Shown one piece after another: positions 30,852 through 38,655 of a stretch of 64,000 nt of DNA. The stretch lies in IMG/VR virus record IMGVR_UViG_3300049491_000418, positions 32,001-96,000 of that record; one strand, given 5' to 3'. How positions within the stretch are numbered: position 1 is the stretch's first letter; the number at the start of each line of letters is the position of its first letter. The notes beneath the pieces were generated by a model. The model did not search any database and had not been told where the DNA came from. It saw nothing but the letters and a program-made list of their open reading frames with translations. This DNA is from a virus. Position numbers and translations under genes: made by a program.

Positions 30852-31919
30852 ATGAGAGAGCTAGCCTTCATTACGGCATGCCCAGATGATACTTACTTTA
30901 CATGGCAAGTACATTTGTGGCTTGAAAGTTTAAGAGAGATTGGGAAATCAGATAAAGCAGTAGTGCTTGTTTTTACTCCAGTCTTTAGGGATCAAAACCC
31001 TAAGTGGGAACAAATTGTGGACTTATATCCAGAAGCTGTTTTTAATTTTTACAAAGATGAAGATAACATCTCTTCTTTATTAGGAATTTATATTCCAGTG
31101 TTAAGACCTTATCTTATGTGGAGATTTCTTAAGGAAAATCCTGTATACACAAGTAAGGCATTGTTTTATTGTGATAGTGATATTCTCTTTACAGAGAAGT
31201 TCAATGTTGATGATTTCTTAGAAGATGATATTAATTACCTATCAGATACTAATAGCTATATAAATGCTGATTACTTTGATAGTAAAGTAAAAGATGTTCT
31301 TCCTGAGAAATTAGAAGAATACAAAACAAGAGATATCCTTGGTGAAGTAACCAGTTTAATTGGTATCACAAGGGAAATCTGTGAAGCAAATAATAAGAAC
31401 TCTGGAGGGGCTCAATATTTGCTAAAGAACATGGATAGTTCTTTCTGGTCTAAGGTTATGAATGACTGTATAATCATTAGAACCTATTTACTAAAAATAA
31501 ATAGAGAATTCTTTAAAGATGAGAATGCAGGATTTCAAAGTTGGTGTGCTGACATGTTTGCTGTTCTTTGGAACATTTGGTTAAGAAAACAGGAAACAAA
31601 AGTTATACCTGAATTAAATTTTGCTTGGTCTACTGATCCTATAGAAAAACTTCAAGAGACTACCATCTTGCATAATGCAGGAATTGTAGGAGAGTTTCAA
31701 ACTACTGGAACAAGTCACAAAATGACTAAGTCTGGAATGCTTACAGTACATGAGGGTTATAATGCCTTTTACAAGGGTAAGTATCATCAAGGATCAGATC
31801 CTATGATGGATCCACACTTAGACAAAGTATTAAATGATACTAACTCTCAGAAACATTGCACTTGGTTTTATGCCAAGAAATTAAAAGAATTAAGTAACAA
31901 ATTTCAATTACAGTACTGA
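30852..31919 (+). CDS. GT-A fold glycosyltransferase, similar in motif to peptidyl-serine alpha-galactosyltransferase / Hyp O-arabinosyltransferase (GT96/GT95)
   Basis: YFTWQ, YIPVLRP, DSD (DxD), GGAQY, WCADMF and ILH motifs. Confidence 0.7.
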   Translation: MRELAFITACPDDTYFTWQVHLWLESLREIGKSDKAVVLVFTPVFRDQNPKWEQIVDLYPEAVFNFYKDEDNISSLLGIYIPVLRPYLMWRFLKENPVYTSKALFYCDSDILFTEKFNVDDFLEDDINYLSDTNSYINADYFDSKVKDVLPEKLEEYKTRDILGEVTSLIGITREICEANNKNSGGAQYLLKNMDSSFWSKVMNDCIIIRTYLLKINREFFKDENAGFQSWCADMFAVLWNIWLRKQETKVIPELNFAWSTDPIEKLQETTILHNAGIVGEFQTTGTSHKMTKSGMLTVHEGYNAFYKGKYHQGSDPMMDPHLDKVLNDTNSQKHCTWFYAKKLKELSNKFQLQY

Positions 31920-32632
31920 TGAAAGATTATAATGGACTCATAAATCTAAACTATCCTGTTAAACCTTATTGTCTCTATATGATACATAATGATGATGACA
32001 GGAATGATAAAAATATTTATATAGGAGTTACTACTGATCAAATTCAGAGATGTTATAGACATTCTAAAAATAGAATGTATAAAAGGTATCAGAGCTCTTC
32101 TCTCTATATGTGGATGAATGATATTATAGATAATAAAAAACAAAAAGTTTCCTTCTTTGTGATGTTAGATAACTTAAGTGAGGAAGAGGCTTTTGAAAAA
32201 GAAAAAGAGTTTATTTCTGATTATCAAAGAATAGGATATACCATTTTAAATGATACTTTAGGAGGTAAAGGTCCTTCAGGTATTACTCCTTGGAATAAAG
32301 GCAAAAAGGATCATCTTTCAGAAGATCAAATCTTATCATTATCTTTATCTCATAAAGGTCAAGTTTCTCCTAGAAAAGGAGTTACTGTAACTGAAGAAAC
32401 TAGACAAAGGATTATTCTTGGTAACAAGAGAAGAAAAGAAAGAAATTGGATTAATCCAAGAAAAAAGACAGTATATAAGTACTCTAATGACAGAATTCTT
32501 TTGGCAACGTATTATTCTTTAGAAGAAGCAGGTCAAAAGGAAAATGTGTCTCCTACAAGTATAGGAGAGTGGTGCAGAAAAGATAAGAAACCTAGAAATG
32601 GGTTTGTATATTCTTATACTGAATTAACTTAG
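31919..32632 (+). mobile_element. Free-standing GIY-YIG-family homing endonuclease with NUMOD-like C-terminal repeats
   Basis: CLY...IYIGVT..R..H, E..E, LN...GG motifs; PWNKGK and SPRKG repeats; C-terminal VYKY...YYSLEEA...CR helix-turn-helix. Confidence 0.75.
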
Positions 32633-32658
32633 AATATTAACTATAAAACTTAAACAAA

Positions 32659-33258
32659 ATGGCAACAAGTAAAAAAGACCTCAAGGCATTTGTAAGAATT
32701 GATGGACAAGGTCGTGTGGTAGCAGGGAGCTTAATCTTGAGAAAAGATAAGCCCAAAGTAGGTAAGTGGAGAGAAATTCCAGCATATGAGTGCTGTAATC
32801 CAATAACCACAACCACAACCACAACACCTTCTCCTCCTCCTCCTCTTACAACAACAACCACCACAGAATTACTTAATGATCCTGGTGAAACAACTACTAG
32901 TACTACTACTGAGGAACCAACCACAACTAGTACTACTACTACTGAAGAGTTGACAACAACATCAACTACTACAGAGGAGCTAACTACTACAAGTACTACA
33001 ACTGTATTTGTTGATCCAAATGCTTTTACAACAACTACTACAACTTCATTGATTCCTGATCCAAATGACATCACTACAACTACCAGTACTACTACTGAGA
33101 ATGATGATGATGATGATGACGACGATGATGATGACCAAGGTGATGATGATAACAATGGTCATGGTCATGGTCATGTCCACATTGATGTAGATGTTGATAA
33201 TGATGGTGATGGTGATGTTGATATTGACATTAATGTTGATAATGATGATGATAATTAA
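32659..33258 (+). CDS. Mucin-like Thr-rich protein with a basic N-terminal domain and an Asp/His-rich tail
   Basis: About 45-aa globular N-terminus ending YECC, repeated TTTSTTTEE units, poly-Asp, HGHGHVH and DVDNDGDGDVD. Confidence 0.75.
   Translation: MATSKKDLKAFVRIDGQGRVVAGSLILRKDKPKVGKWREIPAYECCNPITTTTTTTPSPPPPLTTTTTTELLNDPGETTTSTTTEEPTTTSTTTTEELTTTSTTTEELTTTSTTTVFVDPNAFTTTTTTSLIPDPNDITTTTSTTTENDDDDDDDDDDDQGDDDNNGHGHGHVHIDVDVDNDGDGDVDIDINVDNDDDN
32805..33255 (+). repeat. Low-complexity (ACN)n and (GAT)n coding repeats
   Basis: Tandem ACA/ACT/ACC codons at 32805-33096 and a GAT/GAC run at about 33103-33135. Confidence 0.85.
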
Positions 33259-33271
33259 TAACTTCTAAACT

Positions 33272-33670
33272 ATGGCAATTTTTCCAAAAGAAATGATGGC
33301 TAATGCAGATATGTCCTTGGAAGGTGTAGCGTCAAAGCTTACATACTTCCAAGTGCAACTGCACTTGCAACATTGGCAAACTGTGAGTTATGCTGAGCAT
33401 AAAGCCATAGATTCACTATATGATTTTGTGGTAGGATTTACTGATGATGTTGTAGAGAGACTTATGGGTTATAATAACAGAAGAGTTAAAACATTTACCT
33501 TACAACCTCTTTCTGCAGAGCCTAGTACTACAACTGTTAATGATATACTTACTTTTGCCTATAATCTTCAAGAGTGGGCAGGTGAAAATCATTATTGTGA
33601 TATTGAAAATCTAGCTCAATCTCTATCAGGAGAGGCAGCTAAAACTAAGTATTTACTAACATTGAAATAA
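33272..33670 (+). CDS. Ferritin/Dps-like protein (DUF5856-like)
   Basis: QLHLQHWQT.SYAEHKA.D.LYD...D..VE and C-terminal KYLLTL. Confidence 0.7.
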   Translation: MAIFPKEMMANADMSLEGVASKLTYFQVQLHLQHWQTVSYAEHKAIDSLYDFVVGFTDDVVERLMGYNNRRVKTFTLQPLSAEPSTTTVNDILTFAYNLQEWAGENHYCDIENLAQSLSGEAAKTKYLLTLK

Positions 33671-33954
33671 TGGATGTTAATAAGAAATTCTTTCCTTCTA
33701 TAATGCCTGAAAATGAAGCAGTTTATTTTGCATCATTATATGGTGTTATTGAATCTGTAGATGAATTATCTTCATTAGAAATAACCAAAACTCCTAAGGC
33801 TTATCTGTTTAGATTAATACCTTCTTTACCAAAATACACTAACTTGATTATTGAGGAGCTTATTAAGTTCCATAATTTAATAGGAATTAGATTGGACATG
33901 GGAAAAAGTATAAAATCAACAGCAGTTATAACCTATTCTATTAGTTTCAATTAA
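33670..33954 (+). CDS. Hypothetical protein
   Basis: 94-aa ORF with TAATG coupling. Confidence 0.7.
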   Translation: MDVNKKFFPSIMPENEAVYFASLYGVIESVDELSSLEITKTPKAYLFRLIPSLPKYTNLIIEELIKFHNLIGIRLDMGKSIKSTAVITYSISFN

Positions 33955-33964
33955 AAAATTTTTA

Positions 33965-33972
33965 TAACTTTG
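33965..33972 (+). promoter_or_regulatory. Bacteroidota-type -7 element TAACTTTG
   Basis: Intergenic; TAACTTTGTTA is identical to the 8365 site. Confidence 0.5.
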
Positions 33973-34000
33973 TTACTTAAACCATTAAAAAAACTAAATT

Positions 34001-34294
34001 ATGGCAACTTATGATCCAAACAAAGCCTATACATGGGAACCTAATACTAAATTTGTCTTATCTGGACAAGATTTTAGTTTATTGTTACACTCAGTAAGAG
34101 GGATTTTATCAACTAAAGAGGCAACAAATGTCATTTTAGCTTATGAAATGAACAAAAAAATTGAAGAGATCATGGCTAGTGCTGTGGCAGAAGGTAAAGT
34201 AGTTGAATCTGAAGCTCCAGGACAAGTAGTTAATGATACTGAAGTTCATGATGCGGAAGTGTTGCCAGCTAATAAAAAGCTTAAAAAAGCCTAA
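34001..34294 (+). CDS. Hypothetical protein
   Basis: 97-aa ORF with an A-rich leader. Confidence 0.7.
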   Translation: MATYDPNKAYTWEPNTKFVLSGQDFSLLLHSVRGILSTKEATNVILAYEMNKKIEEIMASAVAEGKVVESEAPGQVVNDTEVHDAEVLPANKKLKKA

Positions 34295-34295
34295 T

Positions 34296-34436
34296 ATGAA
34301 AAGTTCCAAACCTAAAAAAGCTCCCAAAGTGGCTCCTCCTTCAAGAGAGAAGCCTAACTATATGAGAGAGTCTGATACTGATTCTAAGAGAACTAATCCT
34401 CAAGCACCAATGACTAAAAAACGTTTGTCAAAATAA
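34296..34436 (+). CDS. 46-aa basic protein (MKSSKPKKAPK...KKRLSK)
   Basis: ATG 1 nt after the upstream stop; Lys/Pro-rich. Confidence 0.6.
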   Translation: MKSSKPKKAPKVAPPSREKPNYMRESDTDSKRTNPQAPMTKKRLSK

Positions 34437-34463
34437 TTCTTCTGTTCTCGTGTTTGTTCAAAG

Positions 34464-34492
34464 AAAAAGCCTCTTTAATTAGAGGCTTTTTT
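34464..34492. terminator. Bidirectional intrinsic terminator at the convergence of the two modules
   Basis: AAAAAGCCTCT-TTAATT-AGAGGCTTTTTT perfect inverted repeat with U-tracts on both strands. Confidence 0.85.
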
Positions 34493-35125
34493 GATTATTG
34501 ATAGTGCTTCTTCATTACCACTCAGAGGTATCCAAGAGAATGATTCTACATCTTCATGAGCTTTTAGGAACTCTTCTATTTCTTCTCTGGCATAAACATT
34601 ATGAAATAGATTCTGATGTGGATCATAGTTGATTATTTCTCCATGGCCTGGTATAAGGAAGAACACATGAATGGCTTCTTTAGAGGCTAGTCTTATCATT
34701 TCCTTCAGAACTGGTTTAAAGGTAGGTTGATGTTCAAGGACGTGTCTTGAAAACACAACTTCTGCTTCATTATCTTCTAAAGGAACACTATGTGCTTCAG
34801 CTAATATCATTGGAACACCAATCCCTGTATTTCTCTTATAGAGGAACTGACTACTATCTACTCCTAGATATTTTAATTCTGGATATTCTATTTTGTAGGC
34901 ATTGTGTTCTGAAGCAGCACCACAGCCTAAATCAATCAAATACTTGTATCCTTTATTCATAATATAAAGTCTAAAGAATACTTTACTTAAGGCACTACTA
35001 GAGCCTACCCAGGAAGAGAATTCTTCAAATCTCAAAGCTAGATTTTCATCCCACCAAGTTTGTACAAATTCTTGTTCAGGTTTACTCTCCATCCATTCTT
35101 TCTCGAAATTTTCATTATCACTCAT
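34475..35125 (-). CDS. Class I SAM-dependent methyltransferase
   Basis: LIDLGCG motif I, YLGVDSS and FSRHVLEH. Confidence 0.85.
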   Translation of the reverse strand: MSDNENFEKEWMESKPEQEFVQTWWDENLALRFEEFSSWVGSSSALSKVFFRLYIMNKGYKYLIDLGCGAASEHNAYKIEYPELKYLGVDSSQFLYKRNTGIGVPMILAEAHSVPLEDNEAEVVFSRHVLEHQPTFKPVLKEMIRLASKEAIHVFFLIPGHGEIINYDPHQNLFHNVYAREEIEEFLKAHEDVESFSWIPLSGNEEALSIIKKASN

Positions 35126-35882
35126 ATACTATTTTTTTATGTACTAGATTAAATAATTTGTCTTTGTTCTCTAATAATTCCTTCTTAATGCTGGAAATAT
35201 CCACATCAGATATCCTTACAATCTCTTCAAAACCACCTTTATCAGAAATAAGAAATTCAAACTTCTCTGTAGGTACTGTATATGTTGGGGGATTATAATG
35301 AAAATAAGCATTAATATAGCTTTCATCATTAACTCCAGGCTCATATGAAATTTTCTTATCTTCTTTTTGATAAAAAACTAGTGTTTTACAGAACTCGAAA
35401 ATATTACTCTTACTTCCTCCAAAAAAAGCACCATAATAATACATTTGTGGTAATGGTGTATTTTCTGGAACATAAGCTTTAGATAAAGGATTTCTATCAA
35501 AAGACTTTCTTTCTTTCATCCAAGATTGATCCCCATAGTGTTGACCTCCTACTAATTCTCCTAAAAACCAATCTTCTGTAAATTCTTTATCTATATTAGT
35601 ATCTGAATCAAAGTAAAATTTGAAATCTTCGTCATTATAACTCTCCTCAAGACTAATAATATTGGTAAATTTTGAATTAGTAGCATCTACCCAATTACTA
35701 TGAGTAGTATAATGATAAATTACATTTATACTATCAGGAAGATAAGGTCTAGGATCTGTATCTGTAAACAGATGAAATACTATTTCAGCTTTTCCTTTAT
35801 AAAAGTGCATAAATCTCTTTATAAATCGTAGTGCAAGAGCAAAATATGCATTAGTTCCTACTATTATTATACCTATCTTCAT
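35118..35882 (-). CDS. Family 6 (ABO blood-group-like) glycosyltransferase
   Basis: MKIGIIIVGTNAY, FHLFTD, FYFDSD (DxD), FDRNPLSKAY, YYYGAFFGG and NDESYINAYF. Start placed at 35882. Confidence 0.85.
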   Translation of the reverse strand: MKIGIIIVGTNAYFALALRFIKRFMHFYKGKAEIVFHLFTDTDPRPYLPDSINVIYHYTTHSNWVDATNSKFTNIISLEESYNDEDFKFYFDSDTNIDKEFTEDWFLGELVGGQHYGDQSWMKERKSFDRNPLSKAYVPENTPLPQMYYYGAFFGGSKSNIFEFCKTLVFYQKEDKKISYEPGVNDESYINAYFHYNPPTYTVPTEKFEFLISDKGGFEEIVRISDVDISSIKKELLENKDKLFNLVHKKIVYE

Positions 35883-36459
35883 ATTGTAAATTTGTTTTGT
35901 TAATTCTTGATCCATTAAGCATATGTTTTAACATACTGTGACTTACAGTAAGGGTTTCTGCTGCTGCTCTAGCTGAAGGATAAACTTCTTTAGTAATTAT
36001 ATTGATAACTTTTTTGGCAGAAGCAGGAACTAATCCTTTTCTTAAATTTCTATTTCTTTCAGCAGCTTCAGGACTCCTAACTTTACCTGAATTAGCTTTA
36101 CCTATTTTAAGTTTATGTTCTAAAGATTTACTTTTTCTCATTTTTTCTATAGTTTCTGGACTATTTTTACCTCTTGAACCCCCTTCTCTAATATTAAGTA
36201 GATCAAATCCTTGTTCTTTAAAGAATTTCATATAATGAATTTCAAAATAATCCATACTTTCTTGAGTTGATTCTATAGTTAATTCATGTATTATCTCAAA
36301 AGTATGCTTCTCAATACCATACTTAATAAAAGAATTATGAAGTTTTCCTTGAGTTCTAGCTAAATCTCTGCTATAATTATAGAATCTTGTTTCTATTTCC
36401 CAACTCTGTCCAATATAAACTTTACCAGAGGGACTAGTTATTTTATAAATACCTATCAT
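35851..36459 (-). mobile_element. GIY-YIG homing endonuclease (NUMOD3-like)
   Basis: MIGIYKITSPSGKVYIGQS, LN..EGG, SPETIEKMR and YPSARAAA. Confidence 0.85.
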
Positions 36460-36469
36460 AATATTAAAT

Positions 36470-36492
36470 ATTAAAGCCCTCCTAAGAGGGCT
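36470..36492 (-). terminator. Putative intrinsic terminator/hairpin after groES
   Basis: AGCCCTC-TTAG-GAGGGCT followed by TTAATATTT on the minus strand. Confidence 0.5.
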
Positions 36493-36503
36493 GTTAATTT
36501 CCA

Positions 36504-36794
36504 TCACCAGATATGCGCTATGTCAAAAATACTCACCATTATTACTTCCTTCTCTTCTGATAGAATGATTTTGGCTGCTTTAGCTGCTGATGTAGGATCT
36601 ATCATAACTTCATCTCCCTCAGCGAGGTCTGTTATATCACTTCCTACAGCATAAACTCTTAATCTACCAAAACTTCTCATTTTTTCAGCATCAAGCATGG
36701 CTTGAGTTTCAGCATCTACATATGCTAAGCTACTTACTTTCTCTACAGGGAGTTCTAGATATATCCTTCTCCCTAATAATTTTCTAAATTCCAT
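36504..36794 (-). CDS. GroES/Cpn10-like co-chaperonin
   Basis: KLLGRRIYLE, VYAVG, GDEVMI and a C-terminal DIAHIW pattern; 96 aa. Confidence 0.7.
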   Translation of the reverse strand: MEFRKLLGRRIYLELPVEKVSSLAYVDAETQAMLDAEKMRSFGRLRVYAVGSDITDLAEGDEVMIDPTSAAKAAKIILSEEKEVIMVSIFDIAHIW

Positions 36795-37143
36795 CTGTTG
36801 TTACTGGTTCGTTAGTATATAAAAAAGTGTTTTCAGGAATAGAGGTTAATGCTTTAAATCTCTCCTTATCCTCTTTAGTAAGATGAATCTCAGATTGTAA
36901 CATCTGTGTTTCTATCTTAGGTACAGGCTTCCCATTCATATTATGAGTGATAATCTGTTTCCATTCTTCATGGAAGTCATCCAGAATGACAATTAATTTG
37001 CCATCTTCTGTCTCTACAGATCTAATTACCTTCTCTATATTGAAGGATGCCATCATTTTTTTAATAATTGGCTCATCATTTGCTCTTGTTGGAGCACCAT
37101 TAGCAACTGTGTACTCCATGGTGTAAAAAAATTGATTTCTCAT
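36784..37143 (-). CDS. Hypothetical protein
   Basis: 119-aa ORF within the operon. Confidence 0.7.
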   Translation of the reverse strand: MRNQFFYTMEYTVANGAPTRANDEPIIKKMMASFNIEKVIRSVETEDGKLIVILDDFHEEWKQIITHNMNGKPVPKIETQMLQSEIHLTKEDKERFKALTSIPENTFLYTNEPVTTDGI

Positions 37144-37294
37144 TGGTTTAAGGCTGAAGTTAATGTATAAGTATTTGATATTGTATTAGTGTTAGCTAAA
37201 TATCCTGGATTAGATGTTCCTATTCCTACATTTCCCGTTCCATAAATCTGGAATTGATTAGTACCAGTTGATGTATATCCTTGGAAAGGAACAT

Positions 37295-37492
37295 TTAAAA
37301 ATTTCTGACTATAATTTGAATGTTGTCAGGATCTTGAGCATATTCCTCAGGAATCTCTCTAGTGACCGCAAATAGCAAGTTTTTTTCTGATTTAGCCAAT
37401 CTAGTTGTTGGCCCTAAAATCACTTCTGAGTCTACGTACACTTTGTCAGTGTATTTATGCAGTAATACTGCATACTGAAATAAATACTTCAT
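37295..37492 (-). CDS. Small phage protein ending IVRNF, probably extended by a -1 frameshift to 37140
   Basis: A_AAT_TTT slippery heptamer directly before TAA; the -1 frame is open for 52 codons. Confidence 0.7.
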   Translation of the reverse strand: MKYLFQYAVLLHKYTDKVYVDSEVILGPTTRLAKSEKNLLFAVTREIPEEYAQDPDNIQIIVRNF

Positions 37493-37494
37493 AG

Positions 37495-37593
37495 TTATTG
37501 GTTTTTATTTAATTCTTCTTCTAATAATTTGTTACATTTTTCTAGACAGATATTATAAAGCATTACATATGCTGCTATGTCTTTATTATCCAT
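37495..37593 (-). CDS. 32-aa hypothetical protein (MDNKDIAAY...)
   Basis: ATG overlaps the end of phoH; the longer track ORF overlaps phoH extensively. Confidence 0.45.
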   Translation of the reverse strand: MDNKDIAAYVMLYNICLEKCNKLLEEELNKNQ

Positions 37594-38236
37594 TATACTC
37601 ATATTCAAGTATTTTTCCAACAAGATCACTTCTGTGGTTTTCTTTGAGTTTAATCCATCCAATTCCTTCAATTTTCTTGGACAATTCAATAGCATAACTA
37701 AGTCCGTTATATTCATCTCTGATGTCTCTTTGCTCATTGTCTCCATTAATAATGATTTTACCTGTTTTACCAAGTCTTGTTAGAATAGCAAGCATCTCAG
37801 CTTTGGTAAGGTTCTGTGCTTCTTCAACTACAAGAACATCCTCAACTGTTTTACCTCTAATAAATTGTACTGGAAGTGCTTTAACCTTACCATCTTTAAT
37901 CATTTCAATAATTTTGATGTTGTCATAACAGGACATAAGATTTTCCTGAAATGCTTCAAGATAAGGATTGAATTTATCCTTTAAATCTCCAGGTAAGAAT
38001 CCTAGAGAGTTTCCTACTTCAATGGCAGCTCTTGTGACTAAAATAGTGTCACATTGCTTTGTCATTAAAAAATCTAGTGCTGTTTGAGCACATACAAGAG
38101 ATTTACCACTACCAGCTCTCCCTGTAACAATAACAATTTGGTTATCAATTATTAGCTGTTTGGCTAATTTTTGTTCCTCATTGAGGGTGACATTATAGTG
38201 GATGTCTCCCTTTCTGGTTCTGTTTGGGTCTTTCAT
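37586..38236 (-). CDS. phoH: PhoH-like ATPase
   Basis: GRAGSGKS, LGFLPGDLKDKFNPY, FIRGKT, EEAQN, LTRLG and GD..QRD. Confidence 0.95.
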   Translation of the reverse strand: MKDPNRTRKGDIHYNVTLNEEQKLAKQLIIDNQIVIVTGRAGSGKSLVCAQTALDFLMTKQCDTILVTRAAIEVGNSLGFLPGDLKDKFNPYLEAFQENLMSCYDNIKIIEMIKDGKVKALPVQFIRGKTVEDVLVVEEAQNLTKAEMLAILTRLGKTGKIIINGDNEQRDIRDEYNGLSYAIELSKKIEGIGWIKLKENHRSDLVGKILEYEYNG

Positions 38237-38655
38237 GACACATTGAATTTAGTTGTAACAAAGTTAATCTTTTCTTTATATTTATCACTAAGAATGCCTC
38301 TAGTTTTACAATCATGGCATTCTAAACATACTAGCCAAATGTTCTCTTCCTCAAACTCTAAGCTCTTATGCTTCTGTTTCTCCAGGATATGATCAAACAT
38401 ATAACTTTTAGGTTCATTACCTAAGAACTTACCACAATGTTGACACACATGTGATCTTTTATTCCAAATAGACATAAAAAAGTCATTTCTAGCCTTTTGT
38501 TTTTCTGGTCCAACTACTTCACTTTTTCCTAAGCATGATAGAAAATCTTTAGCTATTTGTGGATTTACTTTAAGTTTGGTTTTGGGGTAGTGGTAACCAC
38601 ATACCCCTTTTCCAAAAACAGGTCTATTACACCCATCTACATTACATGTTCTCAT
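38233..38655 (-). CDS. HNH endonuclease with an N-terminal Zn-finger
   Basis: C...GC....C..H; CQHC, DHILEK and NIWLVCLECH. Confidence 0.75.
   Translation of the reverse strand: MRTCNVDGCNRPVFGKGVCGYHYPKTKLKVNPQIAKDFLSCLGKSEVVGPEKQKARNDFFMSIWNKRSHVCQHCGKFLGNEPKSYMFDHILEKQKHKSLEFEEENIWLVCLECHDCKTRGILSDKYKEKINFVTTKFNVS

Noticed and set aside
32637-33155. 172-aa antisense ORF (poly-Val/Ser) and similar short antisense ORFs such as 1165-1428, 5887-6156, 14576-15001 and 27288-27779
   Set aside because: Shadows of the sense genes; the reverse complement of Thr/Asp repeats lacks stops.
32805-33255. CRISPR-like or VNTR array
   Set aside because: Degenerate codon-level repeats within a CDS; no repeat-spacer structure.
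30852-35882. Glycosyltransferases as DNA hypermodification enzymes
   Set aside because: No hydroxymethylase or other base-modification gene is visible in the window, and the motifs resemble peptide- and glycan-acting families. Disfavoured but not excluded, since part of the genome is outside the window.
37226-37294. 22-aa ATG-initiated ORF right after the stop at 37295 (minus strand)
   Set aside because: Leaves a gap and has no recognisable features; the -1 frame fills the gap exactly and couples to the next ATG.
37495-37773. 92-aa ORF as given in the track
   Set aside because: Overlaps phoH by about 190 nt on the same strand; only the last 32 codons are plausible.
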